Assembly (NCBI RefSeq): GCF_000010625.1
Contig: NC_010296.1
Location: 240,001 to 272,000, forward strand
DNA from: Microcystis aeruginosa NIES-843
GTDB taxonomy: Bacteria; Cyanobacteriota; Cyanobacteriia; Cyanobacteriales; Microcystaceae
Reading direction: 5' to 3'
Length of the DNA stretch: 32,000 nt
Both the position numbers and the translations under genes were made by a program. This document shows positions 1 to 8,342 of the stretch, piece by piece; positions within the stretch are counted from its first letter, which is position 1; every line of letters starts with the position of its first letter. The notes beneath the pieces were generated by a model, which saw nothing but the letters and a program-made list of their open reading frames with translations, was not told the origin of the DNA and ran no database searches.

Positions 1-2
1 CG

Positions 3-641
3 ATACATGAAGTAATTGTGCCAGCATTTCAGATAGGCAAATATCCCGTAACCCAAGCACAGTATCAAGCGGTGATGGGATATAATCCTTCGATAGCGGC
101 ATATTATCCTTTAAAGTTTTCAGGAAATCCCCAGAACCCGGTAGAATCCATTAGTTGGTTTAATGCTCAAGCTTTTTGTGAAAACCTGAGCCAGTTAACT
201 GGAAAAAACTACCGTTTGCCTACAGAAACAGAATGGGAATATGCCTGTCGCGCTGGTACAGAAACCCTATTTAGTTTTGGCGATGATAAAGATAAACTAG
301 GAGATTATGCCTGGTTTCGTGCTAATTCAAATAATACAACCCATCCTGTTGGGGAAAAACAGCCTAATCCTTGGGGAATTTATGATATGCACGGCAATGT
401 TTGGGAATGGTGTGCTGATGAATATCATGAAAGTTATGTTAATAAACCAGAAAATATTAAAGAAAATGGCAGTATTCCATGGTATGGTGGTTATTTAAGT
501 ACCAAACCATCACTTCGTGGCGGCGCTTGTGACTCCTATCCCGGGCTTTGCCGTTCCGCATATCGCGGCGACAGCGATGTTCACGGCCAGGGACACGGTT
601 TTCGTGTTGTGTGCGATCTCCCCCAATCAGTTAACAGTTAA
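3..641 (+). CDS. FGE-sulfatase / SUMF1-EgtB-PvdO family domain protein, C-terminal part (5' end lies upstream of the window)
   Basis: Frame is open from base 3 (IHEVIV precedes the listed start at 18). Family motifs present: YPVTQAQY, RLPTETEWEYACRAG, HGNVWEWC, LRGG..CRSAYR..GFRVVC. Confidence 0.85.
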   Translation: MHEVIVPAFQIGKYPVTQAQYQAVMGYNPSIAAYYPLKFSGNPQNPVESISWFNAQAFCENLSQLTGKNYRLPTETEWEYACRAGTETLFSFGDDKDKLGDYAWFRANSNNTTHPVGEKQPNPWGIYDMHGNVWEWCADEYHESYVNKPENIKENGSIPWYGGYLSTKPSLRGGACDSYPGLCRSAYRGDSDVHGQGHGFRVVCDLPQSVNS

Positions 642-649
642 CAGTTAAC
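628..649. repeat. (CAGTTAA)x3 heptamer tandem repeat overlapping the stop codon of the FGE-domain gene
   Basis: Direct reading: cagttaacagttaacagttaac. The TAA stop at 639-641 lies inside the repeat. Confidence 0.8.
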
Positions 650-693
650 TTTTATCAGTTGGGGGCCACTATTGGCGCAATAATATTATTGTA

Positions 694-714
694 GGGGCGA
701 ATTGCATTCGCCCT
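694..714 (+). terminator. GC-rich stem-loop (GGGCGAAT / ATTCGCCC, 3-nt loop) followed by CTCTTT; possible terminator or REP-like hairpin
   Basis: An 8-9 bp stem read directly, about 55 nt after the stop at 641. The U-tract is weak. Confidence 0.35.
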
Positions 715-968
715 CTTTGAATAACTTCTACTGCTCACCTATAGGTGAGGGAAAGTCACAAATAGGAGATGCAGCCGATAATTTTCTGGAAATATAGTCT
801 TTAAACCCTTGTCTGGCAAAACTACAAGGAATGATAAGCAATGATTATCACACAAAGTCGAGGAGAGCCATAGGGGGAGCCTGAGAATGGAGATCGCTGT
901 AGTTAGCCATCACCGCTTTTTATGGTTACTTTAATGTTAGAATCGAATCACTTCTTTTAGGTTTTGCT

Positions 969-1208
969 ATGCGTGCGATTGAAACCACTGGTATCCTCAA
1001 TACCCAGGGACAAATTCAACTTGATCATCCTATTCCCCAAGAAAAAGATCGGTTTGTACGCGTCATTCTTTTGATGTCGGAGGATGAACTGAACGAAAAA
1101 AACTGGCTAGATGCCGTTTCCCATAACCCTAGCTTTGCTTTTCTGCAAGATACCGAAGAAGATATTTATACCCTTAACGATGGACAACCTGTAACTAATG
1201 AAGGGTAA
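969..1208 (+). CDS. small putative antitoxin paired with the downstream PemK/MazF-like toxin
   Basis: 79-aa ORF whose stop overlaps the ATG (1198) of a MazF/PemK-like reading frame, a typical type II TA layout. The family itself was not recognised. Confidence 0.55.
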   Translation: MRAIETTGILNTQGQIQLDHPIPQEKDRFVRVILLMSEDELNEKNWLDAVSHNPSFAFLQDTEEDIYTLNDGQPVTNEG

Positions 1209-1755
1209 AATTGTATTAATTCAATTTCCCTTCGACGATTTATCTTCCAGTAAGGTTCGTCCTGCTTATTGCCTAACCAATCAAATTGGAGGCTATCAAC
1301 ACATTATCTTTGCCCTAATTAGGGTTTGCTGAAAAAGTTTTTCTTGGGGGCAGGGTGTGGGGTGTGGGGTGTGGGGTGTAGGGTTTTACCGATTTTGAAG
1401 GGGTCAATTACCTAATTTTCAGGGAAAAAGTCCCTGAATTTTCCCCCCGATCACTCCCATATCTGGTACTTTTTGATTGACAAAAACTCTAAAAGTCTTA
1501 ACCAACAAGGGTTTTACCATTATTCAGCCAGCCCTAATTACCAGTCGTATTCCAGAAAATCCCCTTCATACAGATATTATTCTGAGACCAGAAAGTCCAG
1601 ATTTTATGATCAGTGGTCTTCGCCAATCGTCAGCCATCAGACTTGATCATTTAGTAACACTTCGATCTTCACTGATTCAGCGTGAACTAGGCTCATTATC
1701 ATTAAAAACACAAACCTTAATTGTAGATATTTTGTCCGATATTCTACGTTCTTAA
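1198..1755 (+). pseudogene. PemK/MazF-family toxin gene interrupted by a MITE
   Basis: N-terminal half at 1198-1320 (MKGKIVLIQFPFDDLSSSKVRPAYCL...HIIFALI) and C-terminal half at 1540-1755 (TSRIPENPLHTDIIL...GLRQSSAIRLDHLVTLRSSLIQRELGSLS). Both are in the same frame and are separated by a 219-bp insert that contains stop codons. Confidence 0.7.
1322..1534 (+). mobile_element. MITE family A, copy 1 (213 bp)
   Basis: Terminal inverted repeats GGGTTTGCTGAA...TTCAGCCAGCCC. Flanking duplication TAATTA (1316-1321 and 1535-1540). Internal (GGGGTGT)n tract and TTCAGGGA/TCCCTGAA hairpin. Two further copies occur in the window. Confidence 0.8.
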
Positions 1756-2144
1756 AAAAAATACAATCACTGATTTCTTCGGGGGCATTATTTAACGCAG
1801 TTTTTGGCTTTAAATTACGATAAATTTGTCTGTTATATACGTTACGCTATGCTAAGATATTCTACCGTTACTGCTACAATTGGCTCCAAAGACCACTATA
1901 ACCAACTAAAACCATGACTCAAGCCACTTTTGCAGAAATACTAGAAGCAACTGAACAACTTCCCCCAGAAGATCAAGAACAACTTATTCACATTTTAAAA
2001 AAGTGAAAGACATTAACGAGGCTCAACAATACCTCAACAACTAATGGAAGAGATTCCGGCAAGATTAAAATAAATTAAGGTCATCTGGCCGCAGTCAGTT
2101 TTAACCGACTGAAAATATTACTTGGTCTGAGGAGCTTTTTCAAA

Positions 2145-3293
2145 TTGACAGACGATCGCGTTTATTGGTTAGCATGGTCAAGTATTGCTGGAGTTGGGTC
2201 AATTTCCCTAAAGCGACTCTATCAACATTTTGGCAGTGTCGCTGTGGCCTGGAATGCCACCGATACTGCGATCGCAGAAGTGGCGGGATTTGGCAAAAAG
2301 TTAATGGTAGCGGTACGGGAAGGGCGATCGCAAATTGACCCAGAAGCTCTTTTCGCCGAACATATCCAGAAAAACCCCCTTTTTTGGACTCCTAGCGACC
2401 CAGAATATCCCCGCTTTCTCTGGGAAATTCCCAGTCCTCCCCCCTTACTTTACTATCAAGGAAAGGTCAATTTAGAGGAAAATCAGGGAAATATCCCCAC
2501 CGTCGCCATTGTGGGTACTCGTAACCCCACGGATCACGGCCGGCGCTGGGCGCGGCGCTTAAGTACCCTTTTGGCCCAACAGGGATTTACTATTGTTTCT
2601 GGTATGGCCGAAGGAATTGATGGCGAGGCACACCAAAGCTGTTTAAAAGCGGGGGGAAGAACGATTGCCGTCTTGGGAACGGGGGTCGATGTGGTTTATC
2701 CTAGTCGTCATCGGCAGCTACACGCGGACATCCAAAAGCAGGGTTTAGTTATTAGTGAACATCCTGCCGCAACTCAGCCGAATAAAGCCCATTTTCCCAG
2801 TCGTAATCGCATTATCGCCGGTTTAAGTCGCGCGACTATTGTTATCGAGGCCCCCGAAAGGTCAGGCTCCCTAATCACAGCTAATTATGCTAACGAATTC
2901 GGCGGCGATATCTATGCTTTACCCAATTCTCCCGATATTGCTGCCGCTAGGGGTTGTTTACAACTGATTCATCAGGGGGCAGAAATTATCGTTTCTGAGG
3001 AGAAATTATTAGAAATGTTGGGGGCAATTCCCACCACGAACCAATCCGCACCAGTTAATCTCTCCCCTTCACTCCCTCTAGAGACATCCCCGGCCTTTAA
3101 TCCTGCTCCTCCAGTCAATCTAGAACCTAGACTAGCACAAGTGTATCAGTTATTTGACAGAGATGCCCTGTTGTTTGACATTATTGTTGAAAAAATGCAA
3201 ATCCCCACCTCAGAAGTGGCGGGGATCTTATTGGAATTAGAATTAATGGGTTTAGTGACTCAGTTACCCGGTATGCGTTACCAGAAAACCTAG
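2145..3293 (+). CDS. dprA: DNA-processing protein DprA (Smf)
   Basis: Motifs [47 protein letters not shown] start taken from the ORF track. Confidence 0.9.
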   Translation: MTDDRVYWLAWSSIAGVGSISLKRLYQHFGSVAVAWNATDTAIAEVAGFGKKLMVAVREGRSQIDPEALFAEHIQKNPLFWTPSDPEYPRFLWEIPSPPPLLYYQGKVNLEENQGNIPTVAIVGTRNPTDHGRRWARRLSTLLAQQGFTIVSGMAEGIDGEAHQSCLKAGGRTIAVLGTGVDVVYPSRHRQLHADIQKQGLVISEHPAATQPNKAHFPSRNRIIAGLSRATIVIEAPERSGSLITANYANEFGGDIYALPNSPDIAAARGCLQLIHQGAEIIVSEEKLLEMLGAIPTTNQSAPVNLSPSLPLETSPAFNPAPPVNLEPRLAQVYQLFDRDALLFDIIVEKMQIPTSEVAGILLELELMGLVTQLPGMRYQKT

Positions 3294-3622
3294 TTAACTC
3301 CCAGGAGTTTATTTAGGGTATTAGCTAAAGTGGTTCTCGGTACAGCCCCGACCACCATATCAACTTTTTGACCTTCTTTGAAGATCATCAGAGTAGGAAT
3401 ACTGCGAATCCCGTACTGACTAGCGATAATGGGGTTTTCGTCGGTGTTGAGTTTCACCACCTTGACTTGCCCTTCGAACTGTTTGGCAATTTCTTCGACA
3501 ACGGGAGCCACCATTCGACAGGGGCCGCACCAAGGAGCCCAGAAGTCTACTAGGACAAGGTCGGCACTATCTAAAACTTCGACTTTAAAGTTGGCATCTG
3601 TAACTGCAGGAACCTCTGACAT
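3290..3622 (-). CDS. trxA: thioredoxin
   Basis: [10 protein letters not shown] active site, 110 aa, typical TrxA length and sequence. Confidence 0.95.
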   Translation of the reverse strand: MSEVPAVTDANFKVEVLDSADLVLVDFWAPWCGPCRMVAPVVEEIAKQFEGQVKVVKLNTDENPIIASQYGIRSIPTLMIFKEGQKVDMVVGAVPRTTLANTLNKLLGVN

Positions 3623-3999
3623 ACTTAAGAAATCCTCTAGTAATCACGGTTATCTAGAATACGCAAAAATTCCATTCTAGAGATTCGTGGTGCGATGTTG
3701 ACATTCCACTGGTGAAAAGGACGAGAACTAGCTCTAAATCCACTATAGAGGCCTTAACTTGCATCAGAGGTAGCTTCTTGGATTAATTTCACAAGGGGTA
3801 TTCTTCTATTTTATAACCCTAGAGGCTCTATTTTGACTTTTTTTTGATAAAGTTTTGTAATATTGCCCGAGTCAGGGATGGGTGATCACAGCCGGATAAA
3901 ATTTTCTTGAAGAAAAACCCGAAAAGTCAGCGATTTTATCTAGACTTAACCTGAGTTTGATTATGATCGCCATAGGCCACCTCCTAATTGAGCTTTTCT

Positions 4000-5205
4000 A
4001 TGAAAATTCTGGTCTTAAATGCGGGATCGAGCAGTCAAAAAAGTTGTTTGTACGATTTAGAGTTTCTCCCTGGCCATCCTCCGCAACCAATTTGGCAAGC
4101 GGGGATCGATTGGACAGTTAACCCTGATTACGCGGTTTTAACGGTAAAAGCTCAGGGAATTAAACAGGAAATTAATCTTTCTAGTCAGGATCGTCCGGCA
4201 GGAATTGCTCGGATGTTAGATACCTTAGTCACTGGCGAAACTAAGGTAGTAGCCAACCTCGCCGACATTAGTATAGTCGGTCATCGAGTTGTCCATGGTG
4301 GCACGGAATATTCCCAGGCTACCATGATCACTCCCCAGGTCAAAGAAACGATTAAAAAGCTGATTCCCCTGGCTCCTAGCCATAATCCCGCTCATTTAGA
4401 AGGAATTGAAGCGATCGAGCAAGTTTTGGGCGATGTTCCTCAAGTAGCAGTGTTTGACACCGCTTTTCATCGTTCTATCCCTCCCGAATCTTCTCTTTAT
4501 CCCATTCCTTACCAATGGAGTGAACTGGGAATCCGTCGCTATGGTTTTCATGGCACCAGTCATCAGTACTGCTCCCAACGAGCCGCCGAATTGTTAGGAA
4601 AACCCCTGGAATCCTTGAAAATGGTGATCTGTCATCTGGGCAATGGTGCTTCCCTATCGGCAGTCAAGGGGGGTAAAAGTATCGATACTACTATGGGATT
4701 TACTCCCCTAGAGGGATTGATGATGGGAACCCGCAGCGGTTCGATCGATCCAGGGATTCTGATTTATCTAGAGCGAGAATATCAATATAATCCCGATAGT
4801 TTAAATAGTTTACTCAATAAAGAATCGGGTTTAAAGGGAATTTCTGGTATTTCTGGGGATATGCGGGCAATTACGACGGCGATGGCCGAAGGCAACGAGA
4901 GGGCAAAATTAGCATTTGAGATGTATATTCATCGTCTGAAAAGTTTAATCGGATCGATGATTGCTTCTCTGGAGGGGTTGGATGTGTTGGTATTTACGGC
5001 AGGAATCGGCGAAAATTCAGCTTTAGTACGGGAAAAAGCCAGTCAAGGCTGGTCTTTTTTCGGTTTAGAGTTAGATTTAGCTAAAAATGCCGCTCGTCCC
5101 CGGGATGAGGATATCGCCAGCGAGACATCTAAAGTACGCGTGATGGTAATTGCTACGGCGGAAGATTGGGCGATCGCACGAGAATGCTGGCATTTATCTC
5201 CATAG
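4000..5205 (+). CDS. ackA: acetate kinase
   Basis: MKILVLNAGSSSQK N-terminus, FHGTSH, HLGNGAS, MGFTPLEGLMMGTRSG. The ATG at 4000 is preferred over the TTG at 3988. Confidence 0.93.
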   Translation: MKILVLNAGSSSQKSCLYDLEFLPGHPPQPIWQAGIDWTVNPDYAVLTVKAQGIKQEINLSSQDRPAGIARMLDTLVTGETKVVANLADISIVGHRVVHGGTEYSQATMITPQVKETIKKLIPLAPSHNPAHLEGIEAIEQVLGDVPQVAVFDTAFHRSIPPESSLYPIPYQWSELGIRRYGFHGTSHQYCSQRAAELLGKPLESLKMVICHLGNGASLSAVKGGKSIDTTMGFTPLEGLMMGTRSGSIDPGILIYLEREYQYNPDSLNSLLNKESGLKGISGISGDMRAITTAMAEGNERAKLAFEMYIHRLKSLIGSMIASLEGLDVLVFTAGIGENSALVREKASQGWSFFGLELDLAKNAARPRDEDIASETSKVRVMVIATAEDWAIARECWHLSP

Positions 5206-5208
5206 ACC

Positions 5209-5760
5209 TTACCTTTGGCCATTCTCTTTTGGCTGTTCCGTTGCGGGAATCTCCATAATCGGATGGTTAAGAGCAATCATCAAATGGTCTCCCTCTTGGC
5301 TAATACTGCTCGGACTGCTCGCCATTTGGGAGAGGGGATCATTGCGTCCCGAGACGAAGTAGGAGCCAACAGCGATCGCCATAGCGGTGAAAATTGCGCC
5401 ACCATAAACATAATATTGCCGACGACGCTGACCATCGACTTTTCTGAACACCTGTTCTGCTAATCGGTCGCTGGCCATAGTAGCCGGTACGGGAATTTGC
5501 TTTAAATTAGTTTGTAATCCCAAGAGCTGCTGATAGAGTTTTTTAGCGGCAGCATCATGGTCTAACCAATGCTGAACTAGCTTCCGTTCCTCTACCGTTA
5601 CTTCGTTATCAATATAGGCGCTAATTAAATCGAAACGATGAGCTTCTTCGTTATCCTCATCTAAGAATAAAATATCCTCGGTTGCGGAGTTGGAATCGCT
5701 GTCATCGTGACGTAACAAAGACTTGATCCATTGAACGTCTTCGGGTTGATAATTATTCAT
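5209..5760 (-). CDS. putative membrane anti-sigma factor (partner of the upstream ECF sigma)
   Basis: Lies directly downstream of the ECF sigma gene. Has an N-terminal anti-sigma-like helix region (LISAYIDNEVTVEERKLVQHWL) and one predicted TM segment (YYVYGGAIFTAMAIAVGSYFV). The ATG at 5760 is preferred. Confidence 0.65.
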   Translation of the reverse strand: MNNYQPEDVQWIKSLLRHDDSDSNSATEDILFLDEDNEEAHRFDLISAYIDNEVTVEERKLVQHWLDHDAAAKKLYQQLLGLQTNLKQIPVPATMASDRLAEQVFRKVDGQRRRQYYVYGGAIFTAMAIAVGSYFVSGRNDPLSQMASSPSSISQEGDHLMIALNHPIMEIPATEQPKENGQR

Positions 5761-5873
5761 GGTTGACCTCGACCAGAAGCGATCGGTATACAATCACTTT
5801 TTACCAGCACGGAGCTAGTTAAATTTAACGACTCCTCATTTCGACCGTTAGTGCCGAATCACCACAATTTTAT

Positions 5874-6530
5874 TTAGCCTTCCGTAAAATAGGGCTGTAA
5901 AACAGATTGTAATTTAGCGCGAGCGCGAGCAATGCGGGATTTAACAGTTCCTAAAGAAACTCCCGTCATCTCGGCAATTTCTTCGTAGGCCATGCCTTCA
6001 ATTTCTCGCAGAATAATAGTTGTCCGAAAAGCTTCTGGTAAATCAGCGATCGCCGCCTGTAATTGATCGTAGAATTCGTGGGTGGTGAGATGTTCATCGG
6101 GACTGGGGTAATCGGACTCGATATCCCAATCGATTTCGCCATCTTCCACGCGCCGGGGAGCATCGAGGGAAATGGGGTGATTAACCCGCTTGCGTTTCCG
6201 CAATTCGTCGTAAAAAAGATTAGTGGCAATGCGACTTAACCAACCGCGGAACTTGAGGGGTTCATGGAGACGGTTAATATTGCGATAGACGCGAATCCAG
6301 ACCTCTTGAGCCAAATCAGCGCGATCTTGCCAATCGGGAGCCAAATGATAGAGTAATTTATCAATATGAGCTTGATAGCGCCGCAGCAGTTCCGCAAAAG
6401 CTGCTCGATCGGGCTGGCACCCTTCCTGACAGCGTGCAATTAGATCGTAGTTGGAGAGTTTGTCAGGGGACACGGGGTTTTGAGACTTTTTGGCCTCAAG
6501 TGACCAAGATGCTGGAATCGATTGACTCAT
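5874..6530 (-). CDS. ECF-type RNA polymerase sigma-70 family factor
   Basis: Region 2 (DLAQEVWIRVYRN, FRGWLSRIATN) and region 4 (LPEAFRTTIILREIEGMAYEEIAEMTGVSLGTVKSRIARAR). Confidence 0.9.
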   Translation of the reverse strand: MSQSIPASWSLEAKKSQNPVSPDKLSNYDLIARCQEGCQPDRAAFAELLRRYQAHIDKLLYHLAPDWQDRADLAQEVWIRVYRNINRLHEPLKFRGWLSRIATNLFYDELRKRKRVNHPISLDAPRRVEDGEIDWDIESDYPSPDEHLTTHEFYDQLQAAIADLPEAFRTTIILREIEGMAYEEIAEMTGVSLGTVKSRIARARAKLQSVLQPYFTEG

Positions 6531-6655
6531 GGGATTTCCTCTAGGGATATAAACTCCTCACTCAGAGCTTGAGGACGGGAGAATTCAGTAAAGGTTCCCG
6601 AAAATAAATAATTTTTTTCCCATATTTTGATTCTAACCGATCGGGGCATTCATCT

Positions 6656-6753
6656 GGGGGAGCAAGGGAGCAAGGGAGCAGCAAGTGGGGTAGTGGGGTA
6701 GTGGGGTAGTGGGGAGAATACATAAAAGCTGTCTCGGAGTCTCGGAGTCTCCT
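6656..6753. repeat. G-rich tandem repeats (GGGAGCAA)n and (GTGGGGTA)n followed by the module CTGTCTCGGAGTCTCGGAGTCTCCT
   Basis: Direct reading. The terminal 25-nt module recurs at 18415-18439. Confidence 0.8.
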
Positions 6754-6768
6754 GAATAGCTCTGTAAG

Positions 6769-7359
6769 TTAGGTTTTTTCCTTAGCGAGAATAAAGACGC
6801 TGCCCTCGCTGCCGCGGCCGATGCGGAGATCTTCATCGAGATAGGTGATATCGAGCCAACCTGTTTGTTGGCGATTATTGAAAGAAAAATCGAGGGGAGG
6901 AAATTTTTTGCCACTTTCGATCGCTTCGATAAATTCTTGGGGAGAATGATAATTGAGAAGACGTTGCAGACCGAGGATCGAGCGCTCAAATTTGACCATT
7001 ACCCGACGCTCGGATGTGGGTTCAAAGGTAGCGGAGACGATTACTGCCCCTTCTAGCCAAGGTACGCCGATAATTTCGGCGATATTGTAGAGTTTGGCCT
7101 TGTTCAGGTCGAGATATTGATAAATTTGCCCTAATTGCAAAAAAGGTAGGCGATCTATTCCCAGAATGTTGCGGCTGCTGGTGAATAGCAAACGCCAATT
7201 GCCCCCTAATAGTTGTTTAACTTCGAGGGGATGGGGATGGGGATTGTGATCCTCCAATTGTTCGATCGCCGCTAAAATCCGCACGCGGTCGCTTTCCGTG
7301 GCCAGGAGTCCACGATTTCTACCAGCGATCAATTCTAATAATTTCGCTTTGGCATCCAT
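6769..7359 (-). CDS. fibrillin / PAP (plastid-lipid-associated protein) family protein
   Basis: N-terminal KAKLLELIAGRNRGLLATESDRVRILAAIEQLE and GNWRLLFTSS motifs typical of PAP_fibrillin. Confidence 0.85.
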   Translation of the reverse strand: MDAKAKLLELIAGRNRGLLATESDRVRILAAIEQLEDHNPHPHPLEVKQLLGGNWRLLFTSSRNILGIDRLPFLQLGQIYQYLDLNKAKLYNIAEIIGVPWLEGAVIVSATFEPTSERRVMVKFERSILGLQRLLNYHSPQEFIEAIESGKKFPPLDFSFNNRQQTGWLDITYLDEDLRIGRGSEGSVFILAKEKT

Positions 7360-7538
7360 AGAATCTCCCTTATTTTATAAACTACCTCGACCCGCTTGGC
7401 GATCGCTCAAGGTTTTTGCTGGTTCCAAGAGGCTCACCCGCGCCGATGATTTCAGGGTTTCAACGGAGTTTTCACCCCAGTGAGCGGCATTTTCAACCGT
7501 TGGCCTTATTATTTTAACACAGATTAAATGCCGCAGTT

Positions 7539-8193
7539 TTAAAACTTTTTCATAACCGTAATTAAGTGATCAAAATAGGGAGTAATTGCGGTTTTTTCTG
7601 GGTCTCTAAAATACGCTAAACTGTATGCTTTTAAAGCTTCTAAACCCGAAATCATCGCCCCTAATGGTACTTGCAATTCTTGGTAAAGAAGACGCATATT
7701 TTCCAATCCCTCGGCACTGGTATAGGGAATCTGTTGTCCGACGACACCGTAGGTAATACAGCGTAAAAAGTTCCAGAAATCACGCCAACAAGCTTCGGCG
7801 CGGTGGGGTGGATAAAGATCGCCCCCGGGTTGAAGAATGGTAGGAAATTGGCTGAAGACAGTCTGACGGGCGTTATCGACGATAAAATTAGCATTACACC
7901 ATTTTTCTTTATTCGCGTCACAACGAACACCGGCTTGGCAAGCATTCGAGCGTGGATGTCTGTCATGGATTTAGAAATTTGGTATTATCCCGCAGTTTTC
8001 GAGCTTGTTGACTAGAAACAAGTAAATCAGGCTCTAAATTGACGATAGTATCTAAATCGCTATCGCTGAGATAGCGATTTTGCTCATCCGCTTGTTGCCA
8101 AATAGCGATCGCTGCTTGCTGATAGGGCCAATTAGCGAAACTAATGATTCTCGCTTTTGGGATTAATTGCTGGGCGCGCTCACTCAAAGGCAT
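7539..8193 (-). pseudogene. allophycocyanin-like (Apl-type) phycobiliprotein-family gene, reading frame broken
   Basis: N-terminal part is at 7963-8193 (..ADEQNRYLSDSDLDTI..ARKLRDN). The C-terminal part is in another frame at 7539-7970 (ANFIVDNARQTVFSQFPTILQPGGDLYPPHRAEACWRDFWNFLRCITYGVV...), has no start codon and was missed by the ORF track. The ACWRD...LRCITYG motif corresponds to the Cys-81/82 bilin site. Confidence 0.7.
7898..7983. mobile_element. 86-bp mini-MITE-like insertion inside the Apl-like gene
   Basis: Ends ACCATTTTTCTTTAT / ATTTAGAAATTTGGT are imperfect inverted repeats (about 13 of 17). Flanked by ATTAC / ATTAT. The 91 nt of extra sequence relative to the phycobiliprotein alignment accounts for the +1 frame change. 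Confidence 0.5.
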
Positions 8194-8342
8194 CGATCGC
8201 TCTCCGTTAGGTCAGATTAGGCAGTTAAGATCACTTCTATCATAAATGATCGAAAAATTAGCGATAACTCCAGATTTTTTGAAATCTATCCAAGAGGATC
8301 GCTTACAATAAACAAAAGCTAAGTCATTATAATTTGATCATC

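Noticed and set aside
641-968. Looked for a DGR template repeat or small RNA in the spacer after the FGE-domain gene; noted the perfect 16-bp palindrome CTCACCTATAGGTGAG at 734-749
   Set aside because: Nothing in the spacer resembles the 512-612 segment, so no TR is here. The palindrome alone has no supporting context.
1914-2132. Small ORF MTQATFAEILEATEQLPPEDQEQLIHILKK* followed, in other frames, by ..EAQQYLNN* and LMEEIPARLK*
   Set aside because: It looks like a frame-scrambled relic of a small antitoxin-like gene. It is too short and broken to call as a feature.
3290-3293. Convergent dprA and trxA share the palindrome CTAG as overlapping stop codons; similar tight convergent ends occur at 5205/5209, 11838/11851 and 20614/20628
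   Set aside because: This is a real observation but reflects compact genome organisation. There is no evidence of special function.
6633-6989. 118-aa ORF (-) and the other short ORFs overlapping the fibrillin, sigma and ackA genes
   Set aside because: They are antisense or out-of-frame overlaps of well-supported genes, with low-complexity or repeat-derived sequence.
7440-7500. Three GTTGAAA(A/C)-like motifs resembling the 3' end of cyanobacterial CRISPR repeats
   Set aside because: There is no full-length repeat and no regular spacing. It is most likely chance in an intergenic region.
7661-7966. 101-aa ORF listed on the minus strand
   Set aside because: It is the wrong frame of the Apl-like gene. 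The adjacent frame gives a clear phycobiliprotein sequence, while this one is low-complexity with no motifs.
7960-7972. Possible programmed +1 frameshift at CCA TGA C joining the two halves of the Apl-like gene (superficially like the prfB CUU UGA C site)
   Set aside because: No slippery P-site codon (CCA to CAU re-pairing is poor). The fused product would also carry about 30 extra residues absent from phycobiliproteins. A 91-nt insertion explains the data better.
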